Shown piece by piece: positions 40,896 through 54,249 of a stretch of DNA of 64,000 nucleotides. Numbering within the stretch: position 1 is the first letter of the stretch; each line of letters starts with the position of its first letter. The position numbers were made by a program, and so were the translations under genes. Below the pieces are notes generated by a model that worked only from the letters and a program-made list of their open reading frames with translations, was not told the origin of the DNA and searched no databases. The stretch spans positions 704,001 to 768,000 of the forward strand of contig CAWKDB010000010.1 of the NCBI GenBank assembly GCA_963848295.1. Direction: 5' to 3'. The stretch is from an uncultured delta proteobacterium. Its GTDB lineage: Bacteria > Myxococcota_A > Polyangia > Haliangiales > Haliangiaceae.

Positions 40896-41144
40896 TCGCT
40901 GAGCGCGGCGTTGCCGCGAGGGACAGCCCCGGAGAGCGAGGGCAGGCGCGCGACGAGACGCTAGGCCACGCGGTCAACACTCCAACTCGCGCGCCAGCGC
41001 GATCGCCGCGCAGCGGCGACGCCCCGCGAAGGCGCCGGAACCTCCACCGTCAGCGCCGTCGCCCGAGCGGGTCCGGGGCGCCCTCGCAAGGCAGCCGCGC
41101 GAAGCCATCGCAATCGCGATCTCCCTCGCAAGGCAGCCGCGCGA
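40896..41144 (-). repeat. ~205-bp self-folding element, copy B2, plus a 22-bp duplication of its outer end (41123-41144)
   Basis: Inverted copy of B1, 7 mismatches over the first 116 nt by manual alignment. Confidence 0.85.
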
Positions 41145-41242
41145 GGCCCTCGCGATCTCGCACGACGAAAAATGCGAGCTGGGCGCTGGGCCAATTGCGC
41201 GCTTGGGAGCTGGGGCCCGGCAAGGCGGTGTACGGTCGGGCG

Positions 41243-41701
41243 ATGGCGGTGAGTCCCGAGAAGCAGCTCGCTAGCTTCATCGCGAAGTTCACGCCGGCGG
41301 TCGCGCGCGATGCCAAGGCGGCGATCACCAGGCTCGGCAAGCTCATGCCGAACGCGACGCGGCTGGTCTACGACAACTACAACGCGCTTGTCATCGCGTT
41401 CGCCGCCGGGCCGAAGATGACCGACGTCGTCTGCTCGATCGCGCTGTACCCGCAGTGGGTCACGCTGTTCTTCATGCGTGGCGCGACGTTGCCCGATCCG
41501 AAGCGCCTGCTCGAGGGCGACGGCAAGCACGTGCGCGCGATCCGGCTCGTCGACGGCGCGGCGATGATCGATCGCCCGGCGGTCCGCGACTTGCTGCGCG
41601 AGGCGATCGGGCGTGTCGAGTGGCCACGCGGCGCCAGAGCGAAACTAGAGATTCGCGCCGTCGTCGCGAAGCAGCGCCCGCGCCGGCCGGCTCGACGATG
41701 A
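41243..41701 (+). CDS. DUF1801-like protein
   Basis: LVYDNYNALVIAF, VTLFF..GA.LPDP.RLLEG.GK.VR.I. Confidence 0.8.
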   Translation: MAVSPEKQLASFIAKFTPAVARDAKAAITRLGKLMPNATRLVYDNYNALVIAFAAGPKMTDVVCSIALYPQWVTLFFMRGATLPDPKRLLEGDGKHVRAIRLVDGAAMIDRPAVRDLLREAIGRVEWPRGARAKLEIRAVVAKQRPRRPARR

Positions 41702-41749
41702 CGACGCGCTCCGGAGGCGATGCTCAGACCCTTCGTGTAAGGTGCCTCG

Positions 41750-43132
<1,383 letters not shown>

Positions 43133-43465
43133 CTACGGGGTGTCATCTTCGAGCCCGACGAGCTTGTTCGCCTCGAACAGGTGCGGGGCCCAGATGTTCG
43201 CGGCGATCCGCAGCGAGGACACCACGACCGACGCCCCGAGATCGATCACCAGCGCATCGCCGATCCCTTCGTCCGGTCTGCCTTCGCACCACGGCGTCGA
43301 CCGCTTGTCCGGAAGCAACGGGCCTTCGGGTCATAGCGGTTGGTCTTGCTCGCGAGCGTCGAGGTCGCGCTCGCGGTGACGGTGACGACATCGGGCAGCG
43401 CCGGAGTTCGGCGGCGGCGACCGAGGCAACGATCAAGACCGAGCCGGCTAACGCGACGCGATGCA
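43133..43465 (-). pseudogene. Fragmented discoidin/NADase-glycan-binding-like exported protein (pseudogene or indel errors)
   Basis: Signal peptide, TVTASATSTLA..RYDP and TPWCEG..DEGIGD..IDLG lie in three different frames. Confidence 0.45.
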
Positions 43466-43484
43466 TGCTCCGCTGATTGTAGGC

Positions 43485-44258
43485 TCACAGCGCCGCTACC
43501 TCGGCGGGCGTGAGCGCGCGGGCGTAGATCTTCACGTCGTCGATCGCGCCGGGGAAGCCGGTGTTGGCGTTGCAACCGATCGCGACCGTGATCACCGAGT
43601 CGTCGGGGCGCGGGGTCATCGAGTCCGAGACCGAGGAGGTGTTGTAGGCCACCTCACTGCCGTCGGCGTAGAGCCGGATCCCGGTCGCGAGCTGCGAGCC
43701 GTCCCAGGTCGCGACGATGTGCGTCCAGGTGCCGACCTGGAGCACGCCGCCGGTCGCAGCGTGGAACACCTGGTCGGTGCCGGCGAACGCCTGGAAGTCG
43801 AAGTCTCCGTCGACCTGGTGGCTGGTATCCACGACCCAGCCGGCGACGCCCGAGCCGTGGTCGAACGTGCAGTGCGGGGCGCCGTCCGCGGTCGGTAGCG
43901 ACATCGGTTTTAGCCACTCGCTGACCGACACGGCCGGCAGGTTCGCGAGGTTTGTTGGGGTGCCGAGGCCGACGGTGGACAGCGCGTCCGAGAACTCGAG
44001 CGCGCCACCGAGCTCGCCGGCGACCCACGTCGGCAAGATGTCGCCGTCGAGCACGCCGCTGTCGTTGCCGATCGCGTCGGCCACCATCGTTCCGCTGCCC
44101 TCGTCGAGCTTCCACCACGCGAGCGGCTGCAGGGCGAGCGCGACGTCGCCGCCGGACGCGACGTCGCCGCCACCGCCCACATCGGCGGGACCGCCGACCG
44201 CGAAGTCGATCCGCCCGCACCCCCCGGCGGCGATGACCGCGATCGCGAGCGCGCGCAC
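43485..44258 (-). CDS. LamG/concanavalin-like lipoprotein
   Basis: AGGCGRIDF start, AWWKLDEGSG, WTHIVATWDG, F.GAIDDVKIY.RALT. Confidence 0.88.
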   Translation of the reverse strand: MRALAIAVIAAGGCGRIDFAVGGPADVGGGGDVASGGDVALALQPLAWWKLDEGSGTMVADAIGNDSGVLDGDILPTWVAGELGGALEFSDALSTVGLGTPTNLANLPAVSVSEWLKPMSLPTADGAPHCTFDHGSGVAGWVVDTSHQVDGDFDFQAFAGTDQVFHAATGGVLQVGTWTHIVATWDGSQLATGIRLYADGSEVAYNTSSVSDSMTPRPDDSVITVAIGCNANTGFPGAIDDVKIYARALTPAEVAAL

Positions 44259-44297
44259 GCGATCAACGTACCACGCGGTCCGGGTTACAATCGGGCC

Positions 44298-45926
44298 GTG
44301 CCGAACCCGCAGACAGGAGGCGTACTCGACGCATTCCGCGTCGAGGGCACGATCGGCTCGGGGTCGATGGGCGACGTGTTTCGCGGCGTCGACATCGGGC
44401 TCAATCGCAAGGTCGCGATCAAGATCCTGTCGGAGAAGCACCGCGACAGCCGCGAGCTGCGCCAGCGGTTCGTGCGCGAGGGCCGCGCGGTCGCGGCGAT
44501 CAGCCATCCGAACGTCGTCCAGGTGTTCGCGACCGGGAGCTATGACGACCGGCCGTACATCGCGATGGAGCTGCTCGACGGCACCGATCTCGGATCGGTC
44601 GTCGACAAGACCGGCGCGCTGAGCTCGCTCGAAGCCGCGCACGTGCTGTTCGACGCGGCTCAAGGCCTCGCCGCCGCGGCGAAGGCGGGCCTGATCCATC
44701 GCGACGTCAAGCCGTCGAACCTCGTGCGGCTGACCGACCTGCGGGTCAAGGTCACCGACTTTGGGCTCGCCAAGCCCGTCGATCCAGGCGCCGAGCCGGC
44801 GCTGACCGCGATGGGCGTCGTCGTCGGCACGCCCGATTACATCGCGCCCGAGCAGGCGCGCGGCGAAACGATCGACGAGCGCGTCGACATCTACGCACTC
44901 GGCGGCACGATGTACTTCTTGCTCACCGGGATCCCGCCGTTCCGCACCGGCCGGCCTGCCGACGACAAGTACCTCAAGGTGGTGGCGCGTCACCTGCGCA
45001 ATCCCGCGCCCGAGGCGTGCATCACGGTGTCTTCCGTCGATCGCGAGCTCTCCGACCTCGCGAAGCAGATGATGGCGAAGAAGCCGGCGGACCGTCCGAA
45101 TTACGCCGAGTTGATCTCGCGCGCCGGCCAGATCATCGCGCGACTCGATCCGGAAGCGGTGCCGCAGATCGTCGCGGTCACGCGCGACCGGTCGCGGCCG
45201 AACACCGCGCCCGGACTATCGGGACGCGCGCCGACCGGGCCGGGGGCGCTGCTCGGATCGCCACAGATCGCGCCCTTGTCTCGCCCACCGACCGCGCCGT
45301 CGGTGTTGCCGCCGGTCGGCTCGCCGTTCGGTCAGTCGCTCGCGGCGAGCGATGCCGAGCCGACTCACGACGAGATGCCGGTGAGCCGCGGCGTGCCTGC
45401 ATGGCTCGTGCTGTTCACGATCGCGTGTATCGCGTTCTTCGCGATCGGGCTCGTGATCTATCTCCGCCGCGACGAGCCCGCCGCGGCGGCCGCACCCGTC
45501 GGCGACACGGCGAAGAGCGCGCAGATGATCGTCGTCACGCACCCCGACGGCCGCAAGTGGTTCCAGATCGACGCCAAGCCGGTCACGCTCGCCGACTTCC
45601 GCCGCGTGTTCAAAGACCACGAGCAGAGCGGCGCCGCCGACGCGCCGGTGACCGGCGTGTCGTACGACCAGGCGCGATCGTACGCGGCGAGCCGCGGCGG
45701 CCGGCTGGTCCGCGATGACGAGTACGAGCGCGCGAGCACGCTGCCCGGGCTCGTCGTGCCCGACGGTCTGTACGACTGGATCGAATCCGAGCCCTCGCGG
45801 CTGGCTGGCTCGGATCCGCCGAGCGACCCGCCGAGCCGGCGGATCGCGCGCCGGCACGGCCTCGTCGACCATCCGCACGACAGCGGGCGCGCCGACGTCA
45901 CGTTTCGGGTCGCGAAGGATATATAG
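44298..45926 (+). CDS. Membrane Ser/Thr kinase with degenerate FGE-sulfatase-like C-terminal domain
   Basis: [60 protein letters not shown]. Confidence 0.92.
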   Translation: MPNPQTGGVLDAFRVEGTIGSGSMGDVFRGVDIGLNRKVAIKILSEKHRDSRELRQRFVREGRAVAAISHPNVVQVFATGSYDDRPYIAMELLDGTDLGSVVDKTGALSSLEAAHVLFDAAQGLAAAAKAGLIHRDVKPSNLVRLTDLRVKVTDFGLAKPVDPGAEPALTAMGVVVGTPDYIAPEQARGETIDERVDIYALGGTMYFLLTGIPPFRTGRPADDKYLKVVARHLRNPAPEACITVSSVDRELSDLAKQMMAKKPADRPNYAELISRAGQIIARLDPEAVPQIVAVTRDRSRPNTAPGLSGRAPTGPGALLGSPQIAPLSRPPTAPSVLPPVGSPFGQSLAASDAEPTHDEMPVSRGVPAWLVLFTIACIAFFAIGLVIYLRRDEPAAAAAPVGDTAKSAQMIVVTHPDGRKWFQIDAKPVTLADFRRVFKDHEQSGAADAPVTGVSYDQARSYAASRGGRLVRDDEYERASTLPGLVVPDGLYDWIESEPSRLAGSDPPSDPPSRRIARRHGLVDHPHDSGRADVTFRVAKDI

Positions 45927-45936
45927 TCCGTCGGCC

Positions 45937-46860
<924 letters not shown>

Positions 46861-46913
46861 AGCCGCCGCGGCGATTGCTGCCACTCCCGGTTTGTGACTA
46901 CTGTTCGTCGGCT

Positions 46914-48238
<1,325 letters not shown>

Positions 48239-48242
<4 letters not shown>

Positions 48243-49105
48243 GCGGGCTGTTCGACGAGCTGCAAACCGCGGTCGCGGCCGTGCGCGCGCGGGTGGCCGG
48301 CCCGAGCTCGCGCGGCGTCGCCGATGCGCCGAAGGTCGGGTTGATCCTCGGCTCGGGCTTGGGCAGCTATGCGGACGGCATGCACGACGCATCGTCGATC
48401 GACTACGCGGACATCCCCGGGTTCGCCGCCTCGCACGTGCCCGGTCATCGCGGCCGACTCGTCGTCGGCGAGCGCGCCGGCGTGCAGTGCGTCGCGATGC
48501 AGGGCCGCATTCACATGTACGAAGGCCACAGCGCGGCGCAGGTCGCGTTTCCGGCGCGCGTGCTCGTCGCGCTCGGCGCGAAGGTGCTGATCGTGACGAA
48601 CGCGGCCGGCGGGCTCAACCCGCGGTGGACGCCCGGCACGCTGATGTTGATCCGGGATCACATCGACATGTTGCGCGATCACGCGCTGCGCGGTCCGAAC
48701 GACGACCGCATCGGCCCGCGGTTCCCGGACATGACGCGCGCGTACGCGCCGGAGCTGCGAGCGATCGTGAAGGAGACCGCCGCGGCCGCGCAGATTCCGC
48801 TCGAAGAGGGCGTCTACGTCGCGATGCCCGGCCCGACCTACGAGACGCCGGCCGAGGTCAAGATGCTGCAGACGCTCGGCGCCGACGCGACCGGGATGTC
48901 GACCGTGCCCGAGGTCGTCGTCGCGCGCCACATGGGTGCTCGCGTGATCGGCATCTCGTGCATCACGAATCAAGCGGCAGGAATCAGCGGCCAGGCGCTG
49001 TCGCACGACGAGGTCACGCAAACCGCGGCGCGAGTGCGCTCGACCTTTGTCGCGCTGATCGATCGGATCCTCGCCGCGCTCGTCGCTCGTGGAGAGCTGG
49101 CGTGA
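48239..49105 (+). CDS. punA: Purine-nucleoside phosphorylase (trimeric type)
   Basis: ILGSGLG, QGRIHMYEG, TNAAGG, GPTYETPAE, GMSTVPE. Confidence 0.95.
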
Positions 49106-49500
49106 CGTGGTCATCGCTCGAGGCGCGCGCGCTCGCGGTGCGCGATCACGCCTATGCGCCGTATTCGAAGTTCAAGGTCGGCGCGGCGGTGCGGATGAGC
49201 GGCGGCGAGTACGCCGCGGCGAACGTCGAGAACGCGTCGTATCCGCTCGGCGTGTGCGCGGAGCGCAATGCGATCGCCGCAGCGGTCGCGGCCGGTGCGC
49301 GCGAGCTCGAAGCCGTCGCCGTGTGCACCGAGTCGTCACCACCGAGCTCCCCGTGCGGCGGTTGTCGCCAGGTGCTGTTCGAGCTCGCGCCGGATCCCGC
49401 GAAGGTCGTGGTCACCGCGTTCAACCCAGCCGGCGAACGCCGGAGCTGGACGCTCGCCGAGCTGCTGCCCGATGGCTTCCGGGGCAGCGAGCTTCCCTAG
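49102..49500 (+). CDS. cdd: Cytidine deaminase
   Basis: AYAPYSKFKVGAA, NVENASY, CAERNA, PCGGCRQ; GTGA overlap. Confidence 0.95.
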   Translation: MTWSSLEARALAVRDHAYAPYSKFKVGAAVRMSGGEYAAANVENASYPLGVCAERNAIAAAVAAGARELEAVAVCTESSPPSSPCGGCRQVLFELAPDPAKVVVTAFNPAGERRSWTLAELLPDGFRGSELP

Positions 49501-50820
49501 ATGAGCGAGGTCATCTTCCGCGACGGCACGATCGTCACGATCGATCCCGAGCACCGCGTGCTGGCCGGCGACGTCGCGATGGTCGACGGCGCGATCGCGC
49601 AGGTCGGAGGCAGCTACACGCCGACCACCCGCGATTACTCGATCGTCGACTGCGCTGGCTGCGTCGTGATGCCGGGCTTGGTGCAGGCGCACGTCCACAC
49701 CGTGCAGACGCTCGCGCGCGGCCGCGCCGACGATCTCGAGCTGCTCGGCTGGTTGCGCGAGGTGATCTGGCCGTACGAAGCGGCGCTCGACGAGGACTCG
49801 GCCGGCGCGGCCGGTGAGCTGGCGTGCGCCGAGCTGCTGCTCGGGGGCACGACCGCGATCCTCGACATGGCGACGGTGCGTCACACCGACGCGATCTTCC
49901 GCGCTGCGGAGACCTCGGGCATTCGCGCGACGATCGGCAAGGCCATGATGGACGCGCCCGATCCGTACATCCCCGCGGGCTTGCGCGAGGCCACGCGATG
50001 GTCGCTCGACGAGTCGGCGCGGTTGATCGATGCGTGGCACGGCGGCGCCGACGGTCGCCTGCGCTACGCGTATGCGCCGCGGTTCGCGCTGTCGTGTACC
50101 GACGAGCTGCTCCGCGAGGTCGGCGTCCAGGCGAAGGCGCGCGGCGTCGGCGTCCACACGCACGCGAGCGAGAACACCGGCGAGATCGCACTGATTCGCG
50201 AGCGGTTCGGCAAGTCGAACATCGAGGTCCTCGATGGTTTCGGCCTGCTCGGCCCACATGCGTGCATCGCGCATTGCATTCACCTGTCCGACGCCGAACG
50301 CGCGCTGCTCGCCGCGCGCGGCGCCCACGTGTGCACCTGCCCGTCGTCGAATCTCAAGTTGGCCTCGGGCGTGTGCCCGGTCCCCGAGCTCATCGCCGCC
50401 GGCGTGTCGGTCGCGATCGGGGCTGACGGTGCGCCGTGCAACAACAACCTCGACGGCTTTCACGAGCTGCGTCTCACCGCGCTGCTCCACAAGCCGCGAG
50501 TCGGCCCGCGCACGCTGCCCGCGGCAGAGGTCGTCAGGCTCGGCACGATGGGCGGCGCGACCGCGCTCGGCCTCGCGGATCAGATCGGCTCGCTCGAGGT
50601 CGGCAAGCGCGGCGACGTGATCGCGGTCGACGTCGAGTCACTCCACACCGTGCCGACGGTCTCGCCGTGGTCCCAGCTCGCGTTCGCGGTCAAGGCTTGC
50701 GATGTCCGCCACGTCGCCGTCGATGGCTGCATCGTCGTGCGCGATCGCGAGTTGCACACGCTCGATGTCGACCGCGTGCGTGCGCGCGCGAAGGCCGCCG
50801 CGACCAAGCTGTTCACTTAG
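49501..50820 (+). CDS. Amidohydrolase, 5'-deoxyadenosine/MTA-SAH deaminase-like
   Basis: PGLVQAHVH, HTHASE, AHCIH, CPSSNLKLASG, GADGAPCNN. Confidence 0.88.
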   Translation: MSEVIFRDGTIVTIDPEHRVLAGDVAMVDGAIAQVGGSYTPTTRDYSIVDCAGCVVMPGLVQAHVHTVQTLARGRADDLELLGWLREVIWPYEAALDEDSAGAAGELACAELLLGGTTAILDMATVRHTDAIFRAAETSGIRATIGKAMMDAPDPYIPAGLREATRWSLDESARLIDAWHGGADGRLRYAYAPRFALSCTDELLREVGVQAKARGVGVHTHASENTGEIALIRERFGKSNIEVLDGFGLLGPHACIAHCIHLSDAERALLAARGAHVCTCPSSNLKLASGVCPVPELIAAGVSVAIGADGAPCNNNLDGFHELRLTALLHKPRVGPRTLPAAEVVRLGTMGGATALGLADQIGSLEVGKRGDVIAVDVESLHTVPTVSPWSQLAFAVKACDVRHVAVDGCIVVRDRELHTLDVDRVRARAKAAATKLFT

Positions 50821-53269
50821 TGTGGCTGCGCTTCTTCGCGTCTTCGACCATCGGGTCGCGATCCGTCCCGCTCTGCGTCGCTAGAAACGCCTTGTACGAG
50901 GCCGAGGCGTGCGCGGTGCCGAGGCCCTCCTGGGCGCGCCCGAGGTAGTACGGAATGGTCGATAGAAACCGCAGCGACGTGACGTCGTCGAAGAACACCG
51001 AGGAGCCCTCGCCCTGGCGAGCGAGGCAGATCTCGAGCTCGCGGCTCGCGTCGGCGAACTTGCCGGCGTCGAGATACGCGCGCGCCAGCAGGTAGTGGCC
51101 GAACCAAGCATCGACGAGCGCGATCGAGTCGCGAAATGTCGTGATCGCCTCGCCGGGTTTCTTGTGAGCGAGAGCGATCTCGCCATACAGCCACTTCGTC
51201 ATCACGCGCGGCCCGATCGCGGCGTCGGTGTCGAGGCGCTGCGCGGTCTCGAGCGCGTTCTTCTCGTCGCCGGCGGCGAGCTCGGTCAACGCAGCGAAGA
51301 ACAGCCACGACGATTCCTTCGTGACCTTCGTCGCCGATGCGATCGCGCCCTTCGCGTCCCCGCGCCGCAACCGGGCCTCGGCGAGCAACACGTGGGCGAG
51401 CTCGCTCGCATCCGGGCTCGAGGCCGCCGTGATCACGCCATCGAGCAGTTTCTCCGCATCGACGAGCCGCGACTCCGACAGCGCCAGGTCGGCCTTCGCG
51501 ATCGCGCCGAATCCGGGCGCTTGTTGCGCGTACTTGTCGAAGTAGCCGAGCGCCTTCTCGCGATCGCCGGAGAGCAAGTTCGCGAGCCCGTAGTAGAGCT
51601 GGACCTGCGCGAGCGGATGCGGAATCTCGTGCGTGATCTTGTCGAGCTCCGCGAGCGACGCCTCGAAGTTCCCGGCATCGAGCTCGATCGCCGCGAGGTT
51701 GAGCCGGGTCACGAGATCGCGCGAGTGATCGCGCGCCGCGCGACGGGCGGCCTCGAGTGCTTTCGGCACGTCGCGCATCGACAGGTAGACGTCGCTCAGG
51801 CTGACCTCAGCGCCCTGGTCGTTCGGCCACGTCTCGAGCAGCTGGGCGAACGCGGCGACCGAGCGATCGTATTCGCCGGTCGAAAATTCGTAGTAGTTGC
51901 CGAGGAACGTCAGCCGATCGCGCTCGCCGAGCTGGTCGAGCCCGCGCAACGCATCGCGATTCTGCTCGCCACCGTCGACGAGGCGATCCAGTCCGATATA
52001 CGCGAACCCCAGCAGCACGTGGCCATACGCGAACGCCGGATCGAGCGCGATGACGTGCTGGAGGTGCGGCACCGCGTCGGCGAGGTTGCCGGCGAGGATC
52101 ATGCTGCGGCCGATCGCCATCTCGTGGACCGCCTCGATGTTGTTCGACAGCCCGGTATGCCCGGCCTCGCTGTTGTCGGCCGGCAGGTGTTCGCCGAGCG
52201 CCGTGCGCAGGCTGTTCGCGAACAACGCGACCATCGGGATCGCGTGGTCCACCGCAGCGACATCGAGGGTCTGGTCGAGCACGACCGCGTCGTCGGTCGC
52301 GTTCGTCGCGGTCAGCTTGACCGTGAAGCCCGCGTTCTTCGACGTCACCGAGCCGCGTACGATCACGACGCGGTGGTGATCGCGAGCCGCGAGCCTCTTG
52401 CCGACGAGCTCGCCCGGGAGTGCGCCCGCAGCCGGCGGATCGGGTGTGAGCTCGGCCGCGAGCGCGTGGAGTTGGAAGCCGCTGACCGGATCGATGACCG
52501 ACGATCGACGCAACACCAGCTCGATCGCCTGATCGAGTGTCCCGTCGAACAGTGGATCGGCGCTGCGGTTTTCGATCGCGGTGACGAGCACCACGACGCT
52601 TCCGCCCGAGGGTACGTTGCTGGCGCTGCCGCTGCCGGCGTGAAGCGCGCCCGCGCCCGACCCGGTCTGCGCGACCGCCGCCGAGCCTGGCCCGGTGATC
52701 GCGCGAGAGGCGTGCAAGTGCCACAGCACGGTCACGCCGTAAGCGAGCCCCGCGGACACCACGGTTACCGCGACGGCGGTCACGAGCGAGCGCCGTCCCG
52801 GGCCCTTTCGCACCGCCGCGATCGCGCCGTCGATCTCGGCCCGGAGCTCGACCAGCGACGCGAACCGAGCCACCGGGTTGATCGCGAGGCAGCGCGCCGC
52901 GAGCCGATCGATGCGCATCGGCAAGCTCGGGACCAGCTCGTGGAGCGGCGCAGGCGCGGTGCGCAAGCGCATCTCCATCACCGCATCGGTGGTCGCGCCG
53001 ATGAACGGCGGTTCGCCTGCGAGCAGATGATAGAGGATCGCGCCGAGCGCGTAGACATCAGATCGTTCGTCGACCGCCCGCCCGCGAACCTGCTCGGGCG
53101 ACACGTAGAGCGGGGAGCCGAGCGCAGCGTCGGTGTTGCGGTCGCGCCGGATCGCGCCCTCACACAAATCGCGCACGACTGCGAGCGCCTTCGCGAGCGG
53201 CATCTTGCCCTCACGACGGACCAGCTCGGCGAGATCGTTGGCGTCGGAGCTCGGTCGGTCGGCAGCCAC
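50813..53269 (-). CDS. Kinase C-lobe remnant + TM + FlgO/TolB-N-like domain + TPR repeats
   Basis: GSPLYVSPEQ..SDVYALG..GEPPF present but no Gly-loop, VAIK, HRD or DFG; TPR-rich C-terminus. Confidence 0.8.
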   Translation of the reverse strand: MAADRPSSDANDLAELVRREGKMPLAKALAVVRDLCEGAIRRDRNTDAALGSPLYVSPEQVRGRAVDERSDVYALGAILYHLLAGEPPFIGATTDAVMEMRLRTAPAPLHELVPSLPMRIDRLAARCLAINPVARFASLVELRAEIDGAIAAVRKGPGRRSLVTAVAVTVVSAGLAYGVTVLWHLHASRAITGPGSAAVAQTGSGAGALHAGSGSASNVPSGGSVVVLVTAIENRSADPLFDGTLDQAIELVLRRSSVIDPVSGFQLHALAAELTPDPPAAGALPGELVGKRLAARDHHRVVIVRGSVTSKNAGFTVKLTATNATDDAVVLDQTLDVAAVDHAIPMVALFANSLRTALGEHLPADNSEAGHTGLSNNIEAVHEMAIGRSMILAGNLADAVPHLQHVIALDPAFAYGHVLLGFAYIGLDRLVDGGEQNRDALRGLDQLGERDRLTFLGNYYEFSTGEYDRSVAAFAQLLETWPNDQGAEVSLSDVYLSMRDVPKALEAARRAARDHSRDLVTRLNLAAIELDAGNFEASLAELDKITHEIPHPLAQVQLYYGLANLLSGDREKALGYFDKYAQQAPGFGAIAKADLALSESRLVDAEKLLDGVITAASSPDASELAHVLLAEARLRRGDAKGAIASATKVTKESSWLFFAALTELAAGDEKNALETAQRLDTDAAIGPRVMTKWLYGEIALAHKKPGEAITTFRDSIALVDAWFGHYLLARAYLDAGKFADASRELEICLARQGEGSSVFFDDVTSLRFLSTIPYYLGRAQEGLGTAHASASYKAFLATQSGTDRDPMVEDAKKRSHTK

Positions 53270-53348
53270 GCTCGGTCATCGTACCAGCCGGCGCCGGTGA
53301 TTCGCGGTCCCGGTCGACCGAAACGCGCTATCCTCTGACCGGACACCG

Positions 53349-54248
53349 ATGCTGCTCACGCGCGAAGAAATGACGTTTGATTTCGCGGGCGCAACGCTCG
53401 ATCCGGTCCGCGACCGCGACCTGCTCGAGTGGATGTTCAATCAGTTTCTGTACGGCGAGATCACGGGCATCCAGGTTGGCCACTGGCTGTACGACGCTCC
53501 CGACCTCGATGCCGCGAAGTTCCTCGCTCGCCAGGCACTCGAGGAGATGCAGCACGTCGACAACTTCCTGCGGATCATGACGATGCTCGGCTGCCACCCC
53601 AAGCCCGCGCACCCGGCCGTGCGGTTCCTCGCGACCGGCATGATGGGTGGCTCGTGGGCCGAGCACGTCGCGCTCGAGATGGCGCAGGGTGAAGGCTTCG
53701 TGCTCCAGGCATTCTACGCGGTGATCGACACGCTCGATCACAAGCCGAGCGTCGACATCCTGCGCCGCGCGGTGAAACAAGAAGAGCGCCACGTCGAGTT
53801 CGGTGAACAGCAGACGCGCAAAGCGATCGAAGGCAAGCCATGGCTGCGCCGCCGGTTGCTCGGCCTGTCGTTGGTGTCGATGTGGGGCGTGCGCCGGCTC
53901 GCGAAGTTCATGGCGAAGCGCCTCCCCGACAAGACCGGCGTGCTCAGCAACTTGCCGGCGTTTCTCGAGCACGCGAACGTGTGCGCGGAGCTCCGGCTGC
54001 GCCGGATCGGCGTGATCGATCGCCCCCTCGCCGAGCTCGCGGGTGGCAAACGCGCGTTGCTCGTCGCAGAAGCGTACGGGGGCAAGCTGCTCGGCGGGCT
54101 CGGCTCGTTGTTGTTGGTGCCGCTCCGCATCCTGCCGTTCTGGCCGAAGCGCAAACGCTTGACCGACACCTACCTGCGCGATGCGCATGTCGCCGGTTAT
54201 CAGCTTCCGGCCGGAGAGCCGGCGCAGGCCGAGACCACGACGACATGA
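53349..54248 (+). CDS. Ferritin-like di-iron carboxylate protein
   Basis: Paired E...EExxH motifs (GE..., EEMQH; E..., EERH). Confidence 0.8.
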   Translation: MLLTREEMTFDFAGATLDPVRDRDLLEWMFNQFLYGEITGIQVGHWLYDAPDLDAAKFLARQALEEMQHVDNFLRIMTMLGCHPKPAHPAVRFLATGMMGGSWAEHVALEMAQGEGFVLQAFYAVIDTLDHKPSVDILRRAVKQEERHVEFGEQQTRKAIEGKPWLRRRLLGLSLVSMWGVRRLAKFMAKRLPDKTGVLSNLPAFLEHANVCAELRLRRIGVIDRPLAELAGGKRALLVAEAYGGKLLGGLGSLLLVPLRILPFWPKRKRLTDTYLRDAHVAGYQLPAGEPAQAETTTT

Positions 54249-54249
54249 C

